NCBI GenBank assembly: GCA_973895155.1
Contig: OZ316892.1
Location: 8,353,251 to 8,417,250, forward strand
Length of the DNA stretch: 64,000 nt
Source: Marsupella aquatica
Taxonomy: Eukaryota > Plantae > Marchantiophyta
Direction of reading: 5' to 3'
Position numbers and translations under genes: made by a program. Numbering within the stretch: the stretch's first letter is position 1; the number at the start of each line of letters is the position of its first letter. This document shows, piece after piece, positions 56,184-64,000 of the stretch. Under the pieces are notes generated by a model, which was given only the letters and a program-made list of their open reading frames with translations, had not been told where the DNA came from and did not search any database.

Positions 56184-56761
56184 CCTTTAGTTTTAGGTAT
56201 TCTAGAGTGTTTTGAACTTATTTTGGCAGCCCCCTTTCACAGTATGTGTTTTCTTAGAGATGAAACCAAAGGCTCCACCACCACGAGTGAGAGAAATGAT
56301 ACTGAAGAACATGAATGCATAGCCTCTTAAGTTCTCCTCATGTTTTTCTTTCCTAGGTTTATGGTTTTTATTGAAAAAACCATAAATTCATAAGGCACCC
56401 TGAGTTAAGTGCACCGTTTGACTGTACCTTTTCTTGGTCATTGTGCTTTTCTTGGCAGACACTTTACCTATATAACAGCACTTCTATGCTCTCATATTTT
56501 ATTTACTTTCAGATCACTACAAGACAAAAAATAAAGCATGTTCAAGGATGAGCATGCTATATGGAAGACACATGGAAGACATTATACACTAGCTGATTTT
56601 ATTGGGTTAGTTGCCAAGCTTTCAAGATTCTAGTCTACAGTAGCCTGTTGTTGATCCCTATTCTTTAGGAAAGTTACGGAGTAAGGGTTGGGGCTGAGTT
56701 TCAGTTGATCATGATAAGTACTGAAACTAAAGTCACAGTAACCAAAACCCAAATGGGTTGG

Positions 56762-57088
56762 AGATGCTCGAAGCAGTGGTTCTACAGTTAGTCTTAAACT
56801 TTGGGTGCTAGCGTGACTCCGCAGCGGCTAGCCCCCCTAGAGGACATTCCAATCCCACTTGCCAATTTAGTTTCGACACTTGATGTAGACCATTAGCTTT
56901 TTGCCACATTTGCTAGGACTGATGAGGACCTTGGTCCATTTGCGGTAGTTTTAGTTCCTCTTTGTTGGTTTTTAGGGGTTTCCTTTTGCTCACTTCTTTT
57001 GCGTTTGGTTTTGTTCACTTGGGAACTCTCTTGTTTATTCTTTTGTACTCTATTTGGCCCTTTTCTGTAAAAAGTATGTGTTTTCCCT
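56762..57088 (+). mobile_element. 5'-truncated, older copy of the same CRE-like family (last codons + 3' UTR)
   Basis: Encodes GASVTPQRLAPLEDIPIPLANLVSTLDVDH* versus GASVPPQRLAPLEDVPIPLVDLVLTLDVDQ* in the long copy; the 3' UTR aligns with revcomp 47465-47710. Confidence 0.9.
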
Positions 57089-57832
57089 TAAACTAGAGAA
57101 AAACTTTACAAGTAACGAAATCAAATTTTGTAATCATTTGACTAACAATATCATGACTTGCAGCTGTCACCAACAGTTTTATCAGTTAGGCTTCCATATC
57201 TCCCATTTTTCTATGCTTTCAACCATTCATTCTTGGATGGGCAAATAGTTTTAATCTTTTTCACTTGTAACAGTACATATATACCTGCCAAAAAACAAAA
57301 GGCACATAGTTTATATCTTTTTCACTGGTAACGGCAATATCTAGAAAAAGTACCTTAGTGAACTGTTTTGTTTAAAACTGACAAACAAGTATGAAACTTA
57401 ATTATTTTATTTCACTTATTCAAAGCAACTTAATTTGAAATTTTGCTGTGGCCAATCAGAGTCATCTGTTTTTAGTTTCTCAAGTTTTCTCCATAAATGT
57501 TTGATAGTTTTGGGTCCCATTCTCCCCAGAGGTTTGTCTCAATGAGATCTGTGATTCTCTATGCAGTATGCATTGACTGACAATGGTCTGAGTATGAATC
57601 CTACAGATCTGAAGGGCTCTGCGGTATGCCGACGACAAGGACTGTGCAGCCCTATGTTAGGGGTCTCGACAACTACACATCAAAATATGACATATACGAT
57701 GTATGACACCTCTGCATTTCGTGATAACCCTAGTTTTTTTCTTTCAATCAATGAATGCAACCACAGTTTGATGTGTGATTACCAGCAGGGCTATGTTAGC
57801 ACTGTTCCCTCCGATTAACCAAGAGTTACTTA

Positions 57833-58253
57833 TGTTGAGCATAGACGACGATCGCAACGGCAAGCCCATGAACCATCCAACGCACAATAGTCGACACAAG
57901 AGATACGTGGTTCACCTCCTTGAGGCTACGTCCACGGGAACACACAAGAGAGCTTTATTGAACTCTAAGCCCGTCGGCTATACCGAGTCTCCACAGTGTA
58001 AGCTCTCTCTATCTCTCAAGTGGCTCCATAACAATGAGCCTTGGTTCTACCTCTCCAAGCACACATGCCTCTTATGATATAGTGTGCAACTTAGTTGTAC
58101 CTAACCACATAGTTGTACCTAATCACGTAGTTGTACCTAACCACATAGTTGTACCTAATCACGTAGTTGTACCTAACCACGTAGTTGTACCAACCCACGT
58201 TGTTGTACCAACCACGTCATACCTAACCTAGACGTAAGAGTAAATACCCAACA
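57833..58253 (-). repeat. 3' LTR (421 bp)
   Basis: No difference from 63088-63508 seen by eye; the overlapping ORF-track translations are identical. Confidence 0.97.
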
Positions 58254-58444
58254 ATCTTCCCCTTGACTCTGGTCTAGGGGAGAGTAATACTGCCAATGTA
58301 TATGATCCCTCAGCGGGAAGTTCTGGACAGAAACCAAACCGGTTTCCCTCTCTAACTAGAGCAAACCAGAACTAAGCCGTAGCCTAATACATAGGAATGA
58401 GGAAGAGCATATATCAGTAATTACAATGAATGTTTAAGAAAACT

Positions 58445-61400
58445 CTACTTGTGATGCAATTGCAAAACCTGCAATACGTCACGGTGTCTAGAGAAACTCT
58501 CCAAAGGAATCACTTTGGTAAATGCGTCAGCCGGGTTGAGTTTACCATCAATCTTGACTAGCTCAAACAAATTATCAGACACAGCCTGCCTGATAAAATG
58601 GTACCTGACGTCAATGTGCTTCACTCTGCTGTCCATCACCTGGTTCACAGCAAGGTGGAGCGCACTTTGACTATCACAATGGAGCTTCACATTCCCCTGT
58701 GGCAATCCCATTTCAGTGATAAGTCTATCCAACCAAATCGCTTCCTTTGCTGCTTCCGCAGCTGCAACATACTCCGCTTCTGTAGTAGACTGAGCAATAC
58801 ACTTCTGCAAAGTAGACCTCCAACTTATGCATCCACCGCCAAGTGTGAACACGTATCCTGTTGTTGATCTCCTTCGGTCCAAATCTTGTCCATAGTCAGA
58901 ATCTACATAGCCAATCAATGATCTAGCATTCTTTGCATTCGCATCAAATAAAAGACCATGATCCACGGTACCCTTCAAGTACCTGATAATCCCTTTGCTA
59001 CCAATCTAGCCTTGTAGACCTTCGATCCACCTCCTATGGAATTATCCTTCAGCTTGTAAATCCACTTGCTGTCCACCACTTGCTGACCCTTAGGCAGCTT
59101 AACAAGCTCCCAAGTTTTGTTGTCCTTTAGTGACTGCATCTCCGTTTGCATTGCTGCAATCCACTTCTGCTTCTCCTTTGAAGCACTTGCCTCATGAAAT
59201 AAAGAAGGTTCTCCTTCTTCCAAAATTAACGCATCACCCTCATCATCAGCTGTAAAATCATCCTCTTGCAGTTGAGATGAATCAACCCACTGTCCATACC
59301 TTGATGGAGCGCGTACAGTGCGACCAGATGTTCTTCTAGCCGATGACTCCGGTTGATCTACGTGTGCTGGTACAATTTGAAGCTCAACAGCATCCACTTG
59401 CTGCTCACCAGCATCAACAAACTCCTCTGGTTCCTCTGGCACAGGAACCAGCTCCATAATTGGAGCAACTCCTTATCTTCGGTCATGCACCTCATAACCA
59501 ATCTCCCCCTCAACGAGATCCGGGATAGGAGATTTTCCTTTGTCAGTACGGGAGACCTGAGTATTCTCCCCCTCCTTCAATAATCTGGATTCATTGAAGG
59601 AAACATCCCTACTGACAACGAGCTTACAGGCAATAGGATCCCATAGCCTATAGGCTTTCACACCACTCTGGTACCCAAGAAAAACACATTTTCTGGAGGT
59701 AGGATCCAACTTGGTCCTATTCTGCTTCGGTGTGAGAGCATATGCATCACTTCCAAAAACTACCAAGCCATGATAGTCTGCTTGCCGCTTATAGCGCATC
59801 TCAAACGGCGTTTTGAAATTGATAGCACTAGAAGGAGAAAGATTTACCAAATAAGCTGCGGTATTGACAACTTCTGCCCAAAATTCTTGTGGTAAACCTG
59901 ATTGGCTCAACATACTCCGTGACCGCTCCAACAGTGTCCGATTGAGCCTCTCAGCGACACCATTCTGCTGCGGAGTATAAACTGTGGTGAGATGACGAGT
60001 TATCCCCTGTTCTGAACAGTACTCTTCAAATTCCATTGAAGTGTACTCCCCGCCGTTGTCTGACCTCAGACTCTTCACCCTTGTATCTAAACACTTGATC
60101 GTGTTTCCAGTCTGATTCTCCACCTGGGCCTTCCACTTCTTAAAAATGGACAAGACATCAGACTTATGCGTCATGAAATAAATCCACACAAATCTTGAGT
60201 AATCATCAATAAATGATACATAGTACAACTTTCCAGAGTGTGAGGGAGTCGGGGATGGACCCCACACGTCACTATGTATGTACTCAAGAACCGCTTTGGA
60301 ACGATGAGTTCCAACACCAAAAGCACGACGATGCTGCTTTCCAAGAATGCAATGCTCACAAAACTTTAATTTACAAGATTGCAAATCAGAAATGAGTCCA
60401 TTCTTCCGTAAGATAGCCAAACCCTTCTCACTCATGTGGCCTAGCCGTGAATGCCACAGTTGAGTCATCTCCTCGTGAGACTTGGTTACATTGGCCTCTC
60501 CACATACAGTATTGCCCTGTAACACATACAAATTCTTTTGTCTACTCCCCTTCAAAATCACTGTCTCTCCCGACCTGACTTGAAGTTCACCATCAATAAC
60601 GCTCCATTGATGACCATTTGAATCCAACACACCGAGTGAAATCAGATTCTTACGCATGCCAGGTACATACCTGACTCCGGACACTGTGCGCACAACTCCA
60701 TCAAACATTTGAATCTTCACAGACCCAATTCCCTCAATTTGACAGGAGTGATCATTTCCCATCAGAACTGAACCGTTTGAAACAGAGTAAGAACTGAAAA
60801 ACTCACGAATGTAACAAATATGAAAAGAGCAAGCACAATCAAGAATCCACACATCATCTGCTCTCCTAGATGACGTGCACAGGGCATACCCCCGGTTTCA
60901 TAAAACATACTCATCATTGAGTAAATCAGCTTCTCCATCAGCCCTAGCCACATTTGCCGATGAAGTTTCCGCTGCCTTTCCCTTACAGTCTCGCTTGAAG
61001 TGTCCAACTTGGTTACACTTCCAACATGTCACCTGCCTCCTCTGAGGGGATTTACCCTTGGACTTAGATCTGGATTTAGATCTAAACTGGGTTCTACGGT
61101 CCCCAGTTGGTCGCTGCATACTCCTCCCACGGTTAATCATTGAGGGCAGCACCAGATGATGAAGGTTGTGACGTGATGTGCATCTTCTGCTGAAGATCAT
61201 CACTAAGCAGAGAACTTACCACGTCATTGTATGAAATGGTATCCCTATCACGATGCAACAACACTCGTGATAGGGACTGGTAAGATGGAGGCAATGAACT
61301 AAGAAGCTGCAGAGCCTTCGTCTCATCATTCAAAGTCTCCCCAAGGTTTTCCAAGTCAACGACCATGTCGTTGAAAGCATCCACATGGTCTTGCAACTTT

Positions 61401-61933
61401 GTACCAGATTCCTTCATCCTGAAACTCATCAGTTTGTAGGAAGTGTAGAGCCGGTTCGACAACTCCTTGCGGTGATACTTGCTCTGCAATTCCGCAAATA
61501 AGGACATGCAATCCTTATGTGCACCCAACTGCTTGATGATGGGAGGCATGAGATAGAGTGTAACACACCACACTCCCTGCTCCTGCATGCGGTCTCATTG
61601 TTTCTCATCAACATCGTCTTCACGAGGGCTCAGCAGTTGGCCCATCCCTGACGCATAAAGCACTCCCTTCACCTGCTTCTCCCATAGCAAGTAGTCAGAG
61701 CGCCCATCATACTTTGTCACTTCATACTTGGGTCCCCCAAGCTTGAAAGTCCCCATCTTCTTCTTTACCGTGAGCTCCGGTAGTAGTACTGCTTCCTCCA
61801 CCACACGCCGCACCGGTGATGGTATCGGTGTCACGTGCTCTTCCTCCTGCTCCTCTCTCTGCCCCTGAAACCTCCGTGGTGACCCTCGTGCTTCAAGTTC
61901 CACGTCTTCGAAAAACTCCTCCGAATCACTCAT
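58445..61933 (-). pseudogene. Disrupted copia gag-pol
   Basis: In-frame TGA 61597-61595; frameshift near 61140; in-frame TGA 60900-60898; in-frame TAA 59475-59473; RT core missing at ~58991 (ARLVAKG abuts IIRYLKGT out of frame). Confidence 0.92.
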
Positions 61934-63087
61934 ATGAGAAAGTCACAAAAAATGTTGTTTTTCACAACTTCTCAAAAAACTCGAAACTCAACACCGCCGC
62001 GTAGCCCACAAAGCTAGGAGTCCAATACTGAAAACCGAAATCAAAATCGAAATTTGACGGAAAAGTTATTCAAATTTCGGTCGAGGTGGATAAAACCTTG
62101 GGAAACTCCCCCGTTTTGACCACCTCAGGGAATAACCGAAATACCAAGTACAACCCATTGTCGGAATTGCGATGTGATTGGTGCGCTGCATTGCCAACTT
62201 CAATGGCTACGACCTCGCCGAAAAATAACCAAAAAAGTTACCGTTCGGCGGATGAAATCTTTGTCGGACGGTCAAAAAATAGCTCTCTGGTTTTTTGGAA
62301 TATTCTATGACCCTTGTACAGGCCCTGTGGGAATTTTGGAAGAACAATTGAGGGGCTGACATGTGTCCTCAAACCCCCAAAACCCCCTACCACCCTTCGT
62401 CGTCGAAATCTGGTCGTGCGCGCAGAAAATACACACGGCAGAATGTACCCCTCGACACCAAACGCAAGATATCTCACTCGGGTTTTGACTAAATCAAGAT
62501 CCGATTTCAGATTTGGAAACTAGACTCCGAGGTGATGAATATCGATATAAGAAGCACCCAAAACGAGGAAAGAACGAGGGAGAAAAAAATTGGTAAAGAT
62601 GACAGATTTCTCTCAATTGCCATAGCCAATTTCGAATCAGTTTTTCAAAGAGAAAAAAATGGTACCTTGTCAACAACGAATGTTGATCAATTGCACTTGG
62701 TGCCGTCACCAAGTCCAACAAGGTAATTGATTTTGCTTAGCCTTCCTCTTTGCATCAAAGAGCCAATCCCGGACTCAAAAACAATCGTCTTGCCTCAATC
62801 TCTCCGTTGAGTCAAAACACTTGACGCTTCTCCCTCTGAGTCGATTGCCAACTTTCTTCATAAAATCCAGAACGACGAAAACTTAGATCTCTCTGCACCA
62901 CGAGCTCCGTTCAACGATTTCTTCACACCGTTAGAAAGCTCTTGCCCTGATCTATCCGTTGAGCCCATAAACTCCAAGTTCCATGCGATGGAACTCTGGA
63001 AAATCCACCAACACTCAACGCTGGAAAAACCGTCATGAAATCCCGTCACGAACACACGTCACCTCCCAAGCATGCTCTGATACCAAT

Positions 63088-63508
63088 TGTTGAGCATAGA
63101 CGACGATCGCAACGGCAAGCCCATGAACCATCCAACGCACAATAGTCGACACAAGAGATACGTGGTTCACCTCCTTGAGGCTACGTCCACGGGAACACAC
63201 AAGAGAGCTTTATTGAACTCTAAGCCCGTCGGCTATACCGAGTCTCCACAGTGTAAGCTCTCTCTATCTCTCAAGTGGCTCCATAACAATGAGCCTTGGT
63301 TCTACCTCTCCAAGCACACATGCCTCTTATGATATAGTGTGCAACTTAGTTGTACCTAACCACATAGTTGTACCTAATCACGTAGTTGTACCTAACCACA
63401 TAGTTGTACCTAATCACGTAGTTGTACCTAACCACGTAGTTGTACCAACCCACGTTGTTGTACCAACCACGTCATACCTAACCTAGACGTAAGAGTAAAT
63501 ACCCAACA
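63088..63508 (-). repeat. 5' LTR (421 bp)
   Basis: Followed on the minus strand by AT and the tRNA-iMet PBS. Confidence 0.97.
63347..63485. promoter_or_regulatory. 18-bp tandem array (~7 units) in LTR U3 (also at 58092-58230)
   Basis: tagttgtacctaaYcacR units lie upstream (minus strand) of a TATA-like tatatcataag. The regulatory role is inferred. Confidence 0.6.
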
Positions 63509-63847
63509 ACTTAAACCCTTCATTGTGGTCTAATGAGCCTTCAGATTGCCTTTCCTTTTGAATGTAATCTATGACTTCACATTAGTACCACAAGTATATG
63601 TTACTAAACCACACAAACAGTAAGGCTTTCATGTAAAAGAAGTCTTAAGCTCTTACTCTGGTTGTGAGGGTTTCTCTACTACCTAGTTCAGGGTGCCGGA
63701 CGGAGCATCCAAGGACTAGCATGGGTCAGTTTTCTAACCGGTACAGTGGTCTAGATGGGGCACATACCATCGTGATATCCTGGTTAACGCAGGACCTGCG
63801 CAAACTATGGCAAGGCCAGTATATTATTCTCAAGATATATGCTTGAT

Positions 63848-63916
63848 GGGCCCCCTGGTGAACCTTTCTTACCTGATAGGCCCCCCTAGGTAACTTTTCT
63901 TACCTAATAGGCCCCT
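63848..63916. repeat. Short tandem repeat, ~2.3 x 31 bp
   Basis: ggcccc...aacYtttcttacctRatagg x2. Confidence 0.7.
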
Positions 63917-64000
63917 TGTGAGTATTTTTTGTCAGATGTTCTTATCACAGGCACTGTAACAAGTTTTTCCTTCATGGAGTGACTAACCACGGTTTGCCAG

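Larger units (their letters stand above)
57833..63508 (-). mobile_element. Ty1/copia LTR retrotransposon (Tnt1-like), structurally complete but coding-defective
   Basis: 421-bp TG..CA LTRs 57833-58253 and 63088-63508; TSD actta at 57828-57832 and 63509-63513; PBS tggtatcagagc (63085-63074, tRNA-iMet); PPT ~58254-58264. Gag CWKCNQVGHFKRDC, PR WILDCACS, INT HSRLGH/CEHC/HSDVWG/SDNGGE/AER, RNase H YVDSD/TEAEY/CDSQSA/NPAD. Confidence 0.98.

Noticed and set aside
56915-56945. Hammerhead-ribozyme-like CTGATGA-GGACC-TT-GGTCC in the CRE-like 3' UTR
   Set aside because: The required GAAA after stem II is absent (attt here, gctt in the long copy), and the long copy has ATGATGA.
58034-58231. ORF with VVPNH repeats (also 63289-63486)
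   Set aside because: It is the translation of the 18-bp LTR repeat, antisense to the element.

Overview
Eukaryotic land-plant nuclear DNA: GT-AG introns, plant gene families, many retroelements. A bryophyte/liverwort-like origin is an inference, not shown. Four host genes were reconstructed by hand: a 9-exon signal-peptide-peptidase-family (GxGD) protease running off the left edge (+), a 4-exon beta-amylase (+), an intronless organelle-type YchF/OLA1 ATPase (-) and a 5-exon BREVIS RADIX-like gene (-). The rest is dominated by mobile DNA: (1) a 5'-truncated L1-type LINE with a 15-bp TSD nested antisense in a related LINE; (2) a near full-length CRE-clade-like non-LTR retrotransposon with a restriction-like endonuclease, a 5' array of 197-bp monomers, flanking ~120-bp inverted repeats and a second 3'-only copy; (3) a Ty1/copia element with apparently identical 421-bp LTRs and a perfect TSD but no RT core; (4) short retroposed 3' fragments and local tandem repeats. 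No rRNA, tRNA or CRISPR array was recognised. All calls are by eye; no searches were run.
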